A stretch of 64,000 nt of DNA from Myxococcota bacterium (GCA_039028615.1 JBCCHT010000015.1:64001-128000), one strand, 5' to 3'; shown: positions 10,215-20,613, counted from the stretch's first letter. Notes: generated by a model from the sequence alone, not told the origin. Numbers and translations: made by a program.

Positions 10215-11204
10215 ATGATTCGCGTGTCTCACGTCGTTGCCGCCCTTTCCCTTTCGATCGCCGCTTCCGCTTGCTCGAACGAGCCCGTCGGACGCGATGC
10301 GGATGCCGTCGACTTCGACCGCTCCGCCAGCTCTGCGCTGGTGGACTACGGCATCCTGAACCTGGTCAACGACCCGACCACCGACGAGGCGTTCCTCGAC
10401 TTGGTGGTCCCGCTCGACGCGCGGTCGGCCTTCGAGATCATCGCGCACCGCAACGGCGAGGACGGCCTGCCCGGCACCGCCGACGACAACACGTTCGACC
10501 ACATTCGAGAGCTCGACGAGGTGTACTGGGTCGGCCCGGTCGCGATGTCGCTGCTCGAGTCCTACGTGATCGACAACGACCTGGTGCCGCACGCGGACGA
10601 CCTGCTCGGCACCTACGACGGCGTGGAGCTGACCTACGGCGAGGCCATCGACACCCTGGCGCTCGCCAACACGGCGACCGAGGACGAGCTCGACTACGAC
10701 GTGCCCCTCGATCGTCGCGCGGTCGACAGCATCCTCGACGCCCGTCCGATCGAGTCGATGGAGGAGCTGGCCGAGCTGTACTGGGTCGGACCTGTCGGGA
10801 TGAACCGCATGGTGCAGTACGCCCTGCCCACGCCGCCCGCCAACTCGTGGTCCGAGCAGTTCAGCCACGACCAACAGTTCCAGATCCCCGACGGTTGGGG
10901 TGGCTTGTGGACTCAGGTCGAGGTCGTGGGCGCGCCGGCCGAGGCCGATGTGCTCGTCGTGGAAATCGATGTGGAGCATGACGACCTGTCGCAGGTGAAG
11001 GCCAAGCTCACGGCGCCCAACGGCTCGTACATGTACCTGTGGGTGCACGAGGCCTCGCCCGAGACCATCATCGACCTGCCGCCCGAGTTCCAGTACGGCG
11101 ACGACGCCAACGGGACCTGGAGCCTCACCCTTTGGGACACCGTGGCCGGAACGCAGGGCTCGCTGCAGGGCTGGTCCATGACCGTCTCCACGCCGGGCGC
11201 CTGA
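10215..11204 (+). CDS. Lipoprotein with two ComEA/HhH-like repeats and a proprotein convertase P-like domain
   Basis: ASAC lipobox; duplicated unit ending ELDEVYWVGP / ELAELYWVGP; C-terminal IDVEH...LTAPNG...ANGTWSLTLWD...GSLQGWS. Confidence 0.75.
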   Translation: MIRVSHVVAALSLSIAASACSNEPVGRDADAVDFDRSASSALVDYGILNLVNDPTTDEAFLDLVVPLDARSAFEIIAHRNGEDGLPGTADDNTFDHIRELDEVYWVGPVAMSLLESYVIDNDLVPHADDLLGTYDGVELTYGEAIDTLALANTATEDELDYDVPLDRRAVDSILDARPIESMEELAELYWVGPVGMNRMVQYALPTPPANSWSEQFSHDQQFQIPDGWGGLWTQVEVVGAPAEADVLVVEIDVEHDDLSQVKAKLTAPNGSYMYLWVHEASPETIIDLPPEFQYGDDANGTWSLTLWDTVAGTQGSLQGWSMTVSTPGA

Positions 11205-11227
11205 GCCATCCTCGGGATCCGAACCGC

Positions 11228-11266
11228 GATGCCCCCGTCGAAGCCGTCGCTTCGGCCGGGGGCATC
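11228..11266. terminator. GC-rich hairpin between convergent genes
   Basis: GATGCCCCCGTCGAAGC-cgtc-GCTTCGGCCGGGGGCATC, long stem with one bulge; no U-tract. Confidence 0.6.
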
Positions 11267-12311
11267 ATTGCGTGGCGTCGGTTGGTTTCGCGGTCTCGCG
11301 GCGGACTCGCATTCGCTCGAACCGGCTCGCGATGACGCCCCCGTCGCCGGTGATCGGGTTGTCGCGGAGCTCGACTCGCATGGAGTTCGTCTCGCGATGC
11401 TCGAGCAGGATGCCGCGGCGGACGTCGATGCGCATCGTGCCATCCAACCGCAGATCCGAATCCGCCATGATGGTCTTCATCATGAGCGTGGGCACCATAA
11501 CCCCCTCACCGCTAAACGCAGCCTGTAGCTCGCCGTCTTCGCTGGACTTGACCTCGTAGGTGACTTCGTAGCGAACGGTGGAGTCGAATAGCGACGGAAA
11601 CTCGTGGCTGTGGATCCAGCGTGAGCCTGTGGTCGCGGGCTCGTCGGGCAGCAGCGGACGAATACCCCGGGCCACGAGGCGGGGCGCCTGGAGCTCGAGA
11701 TCCGAGGCGAGTTGATCTCGCGCACGCTGCAGGTCCTCCGTCGACATCGTGGGCGCCAGCGTTTCGAAGCGCGCGAGGACCTCCGCGTGGCGGGCTTCGG
11801 TGTCGTGCACTCGTTCCACGGTGCCGAGCGGCGTCATCGTCATCTCGAGGGGGACGTCGATGAACGACATCTCCCGGGCTGCGTCGGGGGTGAGCGGTGC
11901 CGTCGGTGCTTGGCCGCTGCGAAACACGACATGGCCACCCTCGCGCCGGACCTCGTACTGGTAGTGCACGACGGTGGTCTTCAGCCGGATTTGCTCCGCC
12001 GCGACGTCGACGACCTCGAAGCGCTCGGTCTTTGTCGTGATGACCGAAGGCTGCGTCGGATCGGAGGTGCCCTTGGGGTGCTCGAGGATGAACATGTGCT
12101 CGGTGACGTCCTCCTCCCAGCGGTCACCGGGCTCGAGCCGCCAACGCAGCGTTCGAGCGGGCTCCGGCTCGGGCGTAGGCTCGGCCGACGCGACAACGGT
12201 CCCAGAGGGGTTCTCGGACGGGGTCTCACGGGAGGTCCCGCTCTGGTTGGGCGCACACGCCATCACCAGCAGCAGTGCCATCGGCCCGATTCCACGAACG
12301 TCTTTCGCCAT
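11265..12311 (-). CDS. Hypothetical lipoprotein (DUF6263-like)
   Basis: VMAC lipobox; LRWRLEPGDRW...LPDEPATTGSRW...G-x-MRIDVRRG pattern; start trimmed. Confidence 0.55.
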   Translation of the reverse strand: MAKDVRGIGPMALLLVMACAPNQSGTSRETPSENPSGTVVASAEPTPEPEPARTLRWRLEPGDRWEEDVTEHMFILEHPKGTSDPTQPSVITTKTERFEVVDVAAEQIRLKTTVVHYQYEVRREGGHVVFRSGQAPTAPLTPDAAREMSFIDVPLEMTMTPLGTVERVHDTEARHAEVLARFETLAPTMSTEDLQRARDQLASDLELQAPRLVARGIRPLLPDEPATTGSRWIHSHEFPSLFDSTVRYEVTYEVKSSEDGELQAAFSGEGVMVPTLMMKTIMADSDLRLDGTMRIDVRRGILLEHRETNSMRVELRDNPITGDGGVIASRFERMRVRRETAKPTDATQ

Positions 12312-12669
12312 GGTGCTCGGGGAATGATCGGCCACCGCGCTCCGGTTGTCGACGGGGCGCCGTAGCTTCGGGCCTCCGAGCGTCGGGAATTTCTCACCGT
12401 CGCGGTCGTCGTTCACGTTCAGGGCTTACATCGTTCCCGCTGAAGTTCCGACTCGTTTTGATTCTCGGGTAGTGCCGGCCTCCTTGGGGTGAGGTGGGCG
12501 CTCGTTGTTTGCTTCCGATCGGAGGTCTAGATTGCTTTTCTGGACATCGGGGGGCGGTTTGGAACGAGACGAGAGTCGGGACGATCCTGGCGACGGATTG
12601 GCCGCTGTGGCCGCGAGGCGGGCGGAGGTACGGACGGTCGCCGAGTCTCACGGAGGTTCCGAGTCCGTC

Positions 12670-15612
12670 ATGGCATCGAGCCACTCGTTCGAGTTGGGGC
12701 GCTATGTGGTGATGGGCACCTTGGGGCGCGGGGGCATGGGGGTGGTGTTCAAGGCCTTCGATTCGACCCTCGATCGTCTCGTCGCGCTCAAGGTCCTACA
12801 CCGTGAAGTCGATGAGATGCATACATCTCGCTTGCGGCGAGAGGCTCAGGCGATGGCGAAGCTGTCGCATCCCAACGTGGTGCAGGTGTACGAGGTCGGC
12901 GAGGCGGATGGGCAGACCTTCGTCGCGATGGAGATGGTCGCGGGACAGAGGCTCGACGAGTGGATGCGCCAACATCCGCGGCCCCAGTGGCGTGCATGCG
13001 TCGATGTGTTCTCGGCTCTGGGGGCCGGGTTGGCCGCAGCGCACGAGCAGGGCCTCGTTCACCGCGACTTCAAGCCGGGCAATGCCATCATCGACGACGA
13101 CGGTCGGCCGCGCGTGCTCGACTTCGGCTTGGCGCGCCACAGAGACGAACTCACGGAGGACGGCACGGTCGAATCGGCGCGAACGCGTGAGCAGGAGGGC
13201 GGGCCGCTCGAAGCATCGCTGACCAGGACGGGGACGATACTCGGGACGCCCGCCTATATGCCGCCCGAGCAAATGAGCGGTGCGCTGACGGATGCTCGCA
13301 GCGACCAGTTCAGCTTTTGTGTCGCGCTGTACGAGGCGCTCTACGGGCAGCGGCCGTATCCGGGCGACACGTTGGCGGCGCTGAAGGTGTCGCTGCAGGG
13401 GGGAATGAGCGACCCGGCGCCGCGAGGGAGCGCCGTGCCTGCCTCGCTACGGACGGTGGTGCTGCGGGGTCTGGCGATTGCACCCGAGGAACGCTGGCCC
13501 TCGATGGAGGCGTTGCTGGAGCAGCTGCGTGACCTTGCGACGCCTCGCAGGAGACGAGGGGCAGCTCTGGCGGTCGTCGTGGGGATGGCCGCGGTCGGAG
13601 CGGGACTGGAATTGCCGCGCTACGCTGAATGGAGCGAGCGCTGCACGGGGGCGCGAGCGCAGCTGGACGGCATCTGGGATGACGCCCGGCGGCAGCAAGT
13701 CGAGGCCGCCGTCTTGGGCACGAACCTTCCGTACGCCGCGGACACCTGGAAGCGAGTGGAGCCGCGGCTCGACGACTACGCCCAGACGTGGGCTGCCAGG
13801 CACACGGAGGCGTGCGAGATGACCCGGCTTCGTGGGGAGCAGACCGAAGAGGCGATGAGCTTGCGCATGGCCTGCCTTCGGACCCGTCGCACGGCGCTCG
13901 ATGCCGCGGTGACGGTGCTCGTCCAGGCCGACGACACGGCGGTGCGCAATGCGGTGAAGCTGACCTCGGGGCTGCCCGAGCTCCATTACTGCGACGACCT
14001 GGACGCCCTGGAACGGCAACGACAACGCGTCCCACCCCCCGAGGACCCGCAGGTGGCCGAGGAGGTGGAAGGGGAGCGCGAGCGGCTCGCCGAGATCGAA
14101 GCCATGTATGTCGCGGGGCTATTTGCAGCCGCGTTGGAGGAGGTCGAGCGCGTCGTGACTCGAGCCGAGGCCTTGGGATACGGGCCGCTGCTGGCGGAGG
14201 CGAGGGGCAAGCGAGGGCAGCTGAGAGAAGCCAATGGGCTGTACGTCGAGGCGGAGAAGGAGCTGACCGAGGCCTACACGCTGGCCGTGGAGCACGACCA
14301 CGAGACGGTGCAGCTGTCGTCGGCGAGTCTGTTGGTGTTCTTGGTCGGCACTCGATTGCAGCGCCCTGCACCGGGGCGGCAGTGGTCCCGGGTCGCGCAG
14401 CCATTGGCGGTGCGCATCGGTGAGCCTCGAGGCGTGGCGACGAGCTGGGGAAACCTGGGGCTCCTACTCACCAGCCAAGGAGAGTACGACGAGGCACAGA
14501 AGGCTCATGCAAACGCTCTGGCCACCATGGAAGACGCCCTGGGCGCGGAGCATTTCGCGGTGGCCAGACACTCGAACAACATGGGCACGGTGTTCGACTT
14601 CAAAGGGGAGTTCGAGCAGGCCCAGGCGGCGCACGAGCGGACGCTACGGATCCTCGAAGCCGCGCTGGGGCCCGCTCATCCCGATGTGGCCGGCAGCTGC
14701 AACAACCTGGGGATCGTGCTGTGGAGCCGAGGGCGATACGAGGAGGCGAGGAGCACGTTCGAGCGAGCGCTCCGCATATTGGAGAAGGCGTTGGGAAGGG
14801 ATCATCCCGTCGTCGCTCAGACGCTGAACAACCTGGGCATCGCGCTCGAGAGTCAAGGGCGCTACGGGGAGGCCCAGCGTGCGTATGAGCGTGCACTGCG
14901 GGTCTTGGAGAACGCGCTCGGCCCGGACCACCCGGTCGTGGCCAGGAGCTGGGACAACCTGGGCAACGTGCTCACGAGCCAGGGGCAATACAAAGAGGCC
15001 AGCGAATCTCACGAGCGAGCGCTGCGGATCCGCGAGACGGCGCAGGGGGCCGAGCATCCCGAGGTCGCCAATAGTTGGAACAACTTGGGGGTCGCGCTCT
15101 CGAACCAGGGAAAGTACGAAGAAGCGAAAGACGCCCTCCAGCGAGCGCGAGACCTATGGCAAGAGGCGCTGGGCCCCGATCATCCCGATGTGTCCAATAG
15201 CTGGGACAACCTCGGCACGGTCCTGCGGAAGCAAGGGGAGCACGAGGAGGCGAAGGCGGCCTTTGCAGAGGCGCTCGCGATCCGTGACAAGGCCTTGGGC
15301 CCCGAGCATCCCGAGGTTGCTGCGACACTCGTCGGGCTCGCTACCGTCGCGCTGGAGCAGGACGACTTCGATGCGGCCCGAGCGTACGGCGAGCGTGCCG
15401 TGTCGATTCGTGAACGAGGGGAGGTGGGCCCCGAAGAACTCGCGGAGGCACGCTTGGTGCTCGCTCGCGCGTTGTGGAGTGAACCCGGACAGCGCGATCG
15501 CGCCAGGAGGTTGGCCGAGCAGGCGCGAAGCGGGTTCGCCGAAGCTGGAGCGGGGCAACGAGAGGGCCTGGCTGAGGCCGAACAATGGTTGGCGAAGCAC
15601 CACGAGCACTAG
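12670..15612 (+). CDS. Ser/Thr protein kinase with TM segment and TPR repeats
   Basis: LGRGGMGVV, VALK, HRDFKPGN, DFGLA, GTPAYMPPE; TM segment; about seven 42-aa repeats (LGPDHP-VA-S-NNLG); true start may be upstream (ORF opens at 12505). Confidence 0.95.
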   Translation: MASSHSFELGRYVVMGTLGRGGMGVVFKAFDSTLDRLVALKVLHREVDEMHTSRLRREAQAMAKLSHPNVVQVYEVGEADGQTFVAMEMVAGQRLDEWMRQHPRPQWRACVDVFSALGAGLAAAHEQGLVHRDFKPGNAIIDDDGRPRVLDFGLARHRDELTEDGTVESARTREQEGGPLEASLTRTGTILGTPAYMPPEQMSGALTDARSDQFSFCVALYEALYGQRPYPGDTLAALKVSLQGGMSDPAPRGSAVPASLRTVVLRGLAIAPEERWPSMEALLEQLRDLATPRRRRGAALAVVVGMAAVGAGLELPRYAEWSERCTGARAQLDGIWDDARRQQVEAAVLGTNLPYAADTWKRVEPRLDDYAQTWAARHTEACEMTRLRGEQTEEAMSLRMACLRTRRTALDAAVTVLVQADDTAVRNAVKLTSGLPELHYCDDLDALERQRQRVPPPEDPQVAEEVEGERERLAEIEAMYVAGLFAAALEEVERVVTRAEALGYGPLLAEARGKRGQLREANGLYVEAEKELTEAYTLAVEHDHETVQLSSASLLVFLVGTRLQRPAPGRQWSRVAQPLAVRIGEPRGVATSWGNLGLLLTSQGEYDEAQKAHANALATMEDALGAEHFAVARHSNNMGTVFDFKGEFEQAQAAHERTLRILEAALGPAHPDVAGSCNNLGIVLWSRGRYEEARSTFERALRILEKALGRDHPVVAQTLNNLGIALESQGRYGEAQRAYERALRVLENALGPDHPVVARSWDNLGNVLTSQGQYKEASESHERALRIRETAQGAEHPEVANSWNNLGVALSNQGKYEEAKDALQRARDLWQEALGPDHPDVSNSWDNLGTVLRKQGEHEEAKAAFAEALAIRDKALGPEHPEVAATLVGLATVALEQDDFDAARAYGERAVSIRERGEVGPEELAEARLVLARALWSEPGQRDRARRLAEQARSGFAEAGAGQREGLAEAEQWLAKHHEH

Positions 15613-15731
15613 CGGTCTGGCGAACGGGTGCTTGCTCATCGGGGCGCAGCCGGTCCATCGCGACGCAATCCTGAAGGTTGAGAGCCTGGGTGGCGAGACT
15701 CTGGTGCTTCGAGCGCGTACTCTGGAGCCCG

Positions 15732-16184
15732 ATGCTCGTTCGACGCTACTCGCTCCTGATCTCGTTCGTCGTGTCCACCCTCGCCGCCCCGGGATGCGCG
15801 AGGTCGGTGCGACCCATCCAGCCTCCGAGCGGGCTGACGGATGTCCTTCGGCAGGGCAAAGCGGTACCGCACGAGGCCTTCGTCGAGCTGGTGCGAGAGG
15901 GAATCGAGTCGGCGACCTGGGTCATCGAGCGGGACGAGGTCGAGCGAACGGGCGGTCGGATTTCGCATACGACGATGTGGATTCACCGGGTCCGCGACGA
16001 GACTCGGGTCGATGTCCGCGTCGATGTACGCGACGGCATGTACGGGTTGATCATCACCGCGAGTAAGGGGCTTCCCCGCAACGATGCTGACTGGGTGGTG
16101 CTCCTCGACGAGTCCATTCGCGATGCGCTCGGTATCGACTACTCCGAGTCTGGAGATGCGATGGCGGTCGATTGGTCGCCCTGA
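15732..16184 (+). CDS. Small hypothetical lipoprotein
   Basis: Hydrophobic N-terminus ending APGC; GGAG upstream; plausible codon usage. Confidence 0.55.
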   Translation: MLVRRYSLLISFVVSTLAAPGCARSVRPIQPPSGLTDVLRQGKAVPHEAFVELVREGIESATWVIERDEVERTGGRISHTTMWIHRVRDETRVDVRVDVRDGMYGLIITASKGLPRNDADWVVLLDESIRDALGIDYSESGDAMAVDWSP

Positions 16185-16314
16185 AGTCGCCGCGGGCGCG
16201 TCGGAATGAACCGATCCTGCGGCTCTTGCAGCTCGGCCGCGATCGGTAGAATTCGAGAGTCGTCATCGCTGGGTTTTCGGGCGGCGCATGTCTCGATGCG
16301 CGTATGCTCTCGGC

Positions 16315-17292
16315 ATGACATTACGTAGCGTGCTCGCGGTTTCTGTCTTGCTCGTCGCCGCTTGTGGCGATGATGCCTCCAGTTCCGATCCTATTGCTGA
16401 TGGTGAGTCGGGGGCCGCGACCACGGACTCGGGAATGACGACGTCTTCGGATTCCCCGGCAACGGGAACCGATGACGAGGGAGCAGACGCTACGGGGGGC
16501 TCCGCAGAATCAGCGAGCACAGAGGACCCGCCGGGCGATATGGCCCCCTCTGCCGGGTGCGGTACGCCCACTCGCGATGCCGGGACGGTCGAGCTGACTA
16601 TCGACGCAGGCGGGGCCAATCGCCAGGTCTTCGTCATGATTCCTCCGGGCTATGACCCCGAGCAGCCGTATCCCATCGTCTACAACTGGCATGGTCTGGG
16701 TGGTGATGCGCAGCAGTCGACGACGTGGTTGGGGGTGCCCCATGCATCCGCTGGCGAGGCCATCTTGGTGTATCCGCAGGGGGAGGGCGGGAGCTATGAG
16801 CCTGCGAATCAGTGGGACCTGGCGTATCCCGACATCGCGGCGTACATGGGGGACAACTACTGCGTCGACGAGAATCGAATCTACTCGATCAGCTACTCCG
16901 GGGGAGGTGCACTGAATGTCTATCTCGCGTGTATCTACGATGACTTCGCGGCGGGGGTGAAAGTGTCCAACCTCAATGGTTGGCCGACGGATGAAGAACT
17001 CATCGCGGGCGGCAACCCGCCCTGCTTCCACAACCCGTTCATGTTCATCTACAACGAGAACGACGGGAACTTCGACTGGCAGGGGGCGGCGGACGAAATC
17101 TTGCTGTACTCGGGTTGCTCGGCCGAAGGCGGAGAGGCGAGCATGTTTGGTGCGAATGACTGCCTGCACTACACCGACTGCACCGACGGCCCGGCACGGG
17201 TGTGCACCTACGACAGCCCGGGGGACCCCCATGCATGGCTGAACGAGCACCAGGACGCGATCTGGGACTTCCTGGCGCCGATCTCCAAGTAG
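16315..17292 (+). CDS. Lipoprotein alpha/beta-hydrolase (PHB depolymerase/feruloyl esterase-like)
   Basis: VAAC lipobox; PPGYDP..PYPIVYNWHG; YCVDENRIY; nucleophile elbow SYSGGG; C-terminal HAW. Confidence 0.8.
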   Translation: MTLRSVLAVSVLLVAACGDDASSSDPIADGESGAATTDSGMTTSSDSPATGTDDEGADATGGSAESASTEDPPGDMAPSAGCGTPTRDAGTVELTIDAGGANRQVFVMIPPGYDPEQPYPIVYNWHGLGGDAQQSTTWLGVPHASAGEAILVYPQGEGGSYEPANQWDLAYPDIAAYMGDNYCVDENRIYSISYSGGGALNVYLACIYDDFAAGVKVSNLNGWPTDEELIAGGNPPCFHNPFMFIYNENDGNFDWQGAADEILLYSGCSAEGGEASMFGANDCLHYTDCTDGPARVCTYDSPGDPHAWLNEHQDAIWDFLAPISK

Positions 17293-17321
17293 CGCGGGCG
17301 GTCGGTCGCGCTCCGGCTCGC

Positions 17322-17990
17322 TCAGCCTTCGACCCAGGCAGGCGTGCTGGGCTGGATGCGATAGCGTCGCCGCAGGGCGTCTATGGGCTCGTCCCAGAGG
17401 TCTTCCCACTGCACGAGCAGCAGTGGCTCCGCCTGGCGACCGCTGTCGTACGCCTCGCGTAGGGCGTGGCGGAGGGCGGCCCAGCGCGCCTCGAGCACCA
17501 TGTGCTTGACGGAGCCGAACAAGACCACGAGGGCGGAGATGGGGAGGCGGAGGTGACCGAGCACAAAGGCGTGGACGAGCACCTCTTCGTGGCCTCGTGT
17601 GCCCAGGCCGAGCAGGACATGCCAGATGTCGTGGACCTGCCGGTAGCGTCGAATGAGGTACCGAACGTCGGGATCGTCGACGTGGTCGGCCGGCGTGTCA
17701 TCGAGGAACATCTCGAGGCGATGGGCATCGAGGTGTCGGGCGTACGCACCACCGAGGGTCTCGGCCGGTAGCGTGCGCAAGAGCTGGATATCCACGTGGG
17801 GCGGGGTGAGCTGCGGGCGCTTTGCGAGCATGTCCGGCTCGCGTCCGTGGGCGCGAAGGTCCTGCAGCAGAGCGGTGAAGCGACCGCGACTGGTGATCTC
17901 CGCGACGCGGTGGATCTTCGTCGTGCGCCTGGAGTCTCGCAGCACGGCGATCGTGTAGCGGACTACGAGCCACCATTCGCGCATCGTCAT
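17322..17990 (-). CDS. Coq4-family protein
   Basis: LRTLPAETLGGAY and RYRQVHDIWHVLLG...EE metal-binding motif (HDxxH...E); ends WEDLWDEPIDALR. Confidence 0.85.
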   Translation of the reverse strand: MTMREWWLVVRYTIAVLRDSRRTTKIHRVAEITSRGRFTALLQDLRAHGREPDMLAKRPQLTPPHVDIQLLRTLPAETLGGAYARHLDAHRLEMFLDDTPADHVDDPDVRYLIRRYRQVHDIWHVLLGLGTRGHEEVLVHAFVLGHLRLPISALVVLFGSVKHMVLEARWAALRHALREAYDSGRQAEPLLLVQWEDLWDEPIDALRRRYRIQPSTPAWVEG

Positions 17991-18144
17991 CGCGAAGCCA
18001 GTCTGCTGGCTCGCGACGGCGGGAGCAAGGGAGCGGGCCGTTGGAGTCCGCCGGACGACGATTGAAGGGCTCGAGCCCGCGAGTGGCTGCATCGGCGGCA
18101 GCCTCGCGGGGCGCTGAACCGTGTCGGTATGGCGTTCGCCTGCG

Positions 18145-20613
18145 CTAGAGGCAGTCCGGCACTTCGAACCAGTGCTCGGGCTCGTTGCGTCCGCGGTCGG
18201 CGATGAACAGGTGAATGTCGTAGGTCTCCCCCGGGGTGAGCCCGAGATCGTCGAGCTCGACGATGGTCCGGGAGACGCCGTGGAAGGGGCCGCCCAGCTC
18301 GATCTCGACCATCTGGTGATCGACGAAGAGCCAGGCATCGGCGCCGCTGCCGATGCGGATGCGCTGGCCCGGCTGGTAGGTGAACGTCGAGTCGGCCTCG
18401 ATGGTGTACCCGCGGTTGACGTCGGGATAGTCCTCGAGCCCGTAGCCGAACTCGGTCGGGACGGCGGGCGCGGTATGACCCGAGACCGGGAAGGTCATGA
18501 GCATGGCGGTGCCGTCGCGAGTCTCGTGCACGATGGGAAGCACGTCGTTGGGCACGACCTGGTTGGCCCCGGGTGTGTCGCGGAACCACTGGTCGAAGCG
18601 GGTGCTGGTGGTGAAGGGCGGTGTGTCCTCGGGCCATGCGAGCACTGGTTTCCAGGCACTGCCGTCGAACACCAGATCGGGCTCGAGCACGCCCGCGAGC
18701 TGACCCCACGCCATCTGGCGCACGGGGTCGTCGTCGGGGAGGGCGGACACGGTATCGATCATGGGCTGGAAATCGGGGAAGCTCGCCTCGAAGTCGCGGA
18801 CGCGAACGTTGACGTTCGAACAGGCGGGCTTGGGCACGATTTCCAGCTGCGCCTCACCGGGCGTCGGCCCGTGGAAGGTCAGCCAGGGCTTGTTGTGCAG
18901 CGACCCCTTGAGGGGCCAATCGCCCTGGTAGCTGCCGCTCCACTGGATTTCGTTGGGGCCGTCGAGGTCGACGACATCGGTGATGTCGATCTCCCAGACC
19001 TCGGCCGTCCACCCCGGGCACCAGTTGCTGCGATCGAAGTACCAGGTTCCCCATTGGTTGGGCGTGACGCCCTGATCGACCCGTGCGGCGCAGTCCCAGG
19101 AGCTCATCTGCACCCAGTCGTGGTCGAAGGTCTGCCCGTTGATGTGCACGTGCTGACCCAAGGTGCAGAACTCGGCGCAGGTGCCATTGCCACCTCCACC
19201 ATGGCCAGTGGCGTGGGTCTTCATGGTGACCCGGGTCGTGCCCGGCGGCGGGGTGAAGCGGTAGTGGGGGAGGCGCTCGGAGTACGCCTCGTCGAAGCGA
19301 CTGCCGGCGAACAGGGCGAGGTGCACCGCATCGCGGGGGTCTTCGGCCTCGTCCTCGTCGAGGTCGTAGAGCCGCACCTGGATGTTGGCCTGCAGGTCAC
19401 CGTTTTCGGCACCCACCCAATTGACGCGCATCGGGATGTCACCGCCGACGCGCAGGTGCGGCAGGATGTGGCTGATGTCTTGCGTCCAGCGACCGCCCGT
19501 GGCGTAGCCGCTGATGATCTTGAAGAAGGTCTCGACGGCGCCGGTCTCGGTGAGGCAGTCGGGCACGCCTTCGCATAAAGAGACCAAGATGCCGCGCTCG
19601 CCTGAGCAGTTCACCGCGTCCCCGGGAAAGTCCCCGCAGTCCTCGACCACCACCAGCTCGGCGTGATCGAAGCGTGCCATCTCCTCGGCCGAAGGGAAGG
19701 GCACGGTGACGACCCCCGTGAGCTCGGCCGCGTTGGTGGTGGTCTCGTTTTCCCAGCTCGACTCGATGATGGTGACGATCTCGAGGCCATCGCCCAGTTC
19801 GGCCTCTTGAGAGGCAAAGCGCTGGTCGAGGCGCGCTTCGTAGTTGTAGTAGCGGGCTGCATATCGGGCGTGGGTGATCTGAGCCGTCCACGTCCCGTCG
19901 CCGGTGAGCACGGCCCCTGAACCACCGTTCCTGAGGCGCTGATACTGATCGATGCCGAAGAAGTCGGCCCCCGGAGCTTCGGTGTCGAGGTAGGCGAGCA
20001 GAGGCACCGAGGCCCCCGACTGCGCGACATAGCGAAAGCGCAGCGACCACTGCTCCACCGCTTCGGGACCCAGCTGCTCGAGGTAGCTCTCGACCCGGGC
20101 TGCGATTGCATTGACTTGTTCGAGGGCCACGTCGTCGCCCGCCATCGAGTAGATGATGTAGCGGGTGTTGGGGTCGGCATCGTCGATGAGGGCTTCGATG
20201 CTCTGGCCGTCGAAGGCGGCCTGGTAGGGAATGAGGGCGGTGGCGTCGCAGCCGGTCCAGTCCTGCGACAGCGAGTAGGGACCTCGTAGGGTCTCGAAAT
20301 CGGCATCGGGGAGGAGGCCGTCGATGGCGAATTCGGTGGCGGAGTCGTCGAAGGGCTTGATGTCGAAGCCCAACGCCTCGCAGTCGGCGTCGACTGGATC
20401 GCCGCCGGTAGTGCCTCCGGTCTCGTCGGCGCTGCCCGTGGTTTCGGCGGCGTCCCCCGTGGTGCTGGTCTCGGGTTCGGCCCCGGTGCTTTCTGGGCCT
20501 CCGGTGGACGTCGTGCCGCCGCCCATCGTGACCTCGTCGTCTCCGCAGCCGCTCGAGGCGGCCAGCGACAGAGACAAGAGCACGGCAGTGGAAGCGATCC
20601 GCGTGGACATCAT
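18145..20613 (-). CDS. Lipoprotein: peptide-N-glycosidase F-like domain fused to a degenerate fibro-slime (PA14) domain
   Basis: SSGC lipobox; TGHG...CAEFC...NQWGTWYFDRSNWCPG; then VRDF...PDFQ...FDQWFRD...IHLFIADR. Confidence 0.8.
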   Translation of the reverse strand: MMSTRIASTAVLLSLSLAASSGCGDDEVTMGGGTTSTGGPESTGAEPETSTTGDAAETTGSADETGGTTGGDPVDADCEALGFDIKPFDDSATEFAIDGLLPDADFETLRGPYSLSQDWTGCDATALIPYQAAFDGQSIEALIDDADPNTRYIIYSMAGDDVALEQVNAIAARVESYLEQLGPEAVEQWSLRFRYVAQSGASVPLLAYLDTEAPGADFFGIDQYQRLRNGGSGAVLTGDGTWTAQITHARYAARYYNYEARLDQRFASQEAELGDGLEIVTIIESSWENETTTNAAELTGVVTVPFPSAEEMARFDHAELVVVEDCGDFPGDAVNCSGERGILVSLCEGVPDCLTETGAVETFFKIISGYATGGRWTQDISHILPHLRVGGDIPMRVNWVGAENGDLQANIQVRLYDLDEDEAEDPRDAVHLALFAGSRFDEAYSERLPHYRFTPPPGTTRVTMKTHATGHGGGGNGTCAEFCTLGQHVHINGQTFDHDWVQMSSWDCAARVDQGVTPNQWGTWYFDRSNWCPGWTAEVWEIDITDVVDLDGPNEIQWSGSYQGDWPLKGSLHNKPWLTFHGPTPGEAQLEIVPKPACSNVNVRVRDFEASFPDFQPMIDTVSALPDDDPVRQMAWGQLAGVLEPDLVFDGSAWKPVLAWPEDTPPFTTSTRFDQWFRDTPGANQVVPNDVLPIVHETRDGTAMLMTFPVSGHTAPAVPTEFGYGLEDYPDVNRGYTIEADSTFTYQPGQRIRIGSGADAWLFVDHQMVEIELGGPFHGVSRTIVELDDLGLTPGETYDIHLFIADRGRNEPEHWFEVPDCL

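Noticed and set aside
14440..15330. 126-bp periodic repeats
   Set aside because: Explained by ordinary 42-aa TPR repeats of the kinase.
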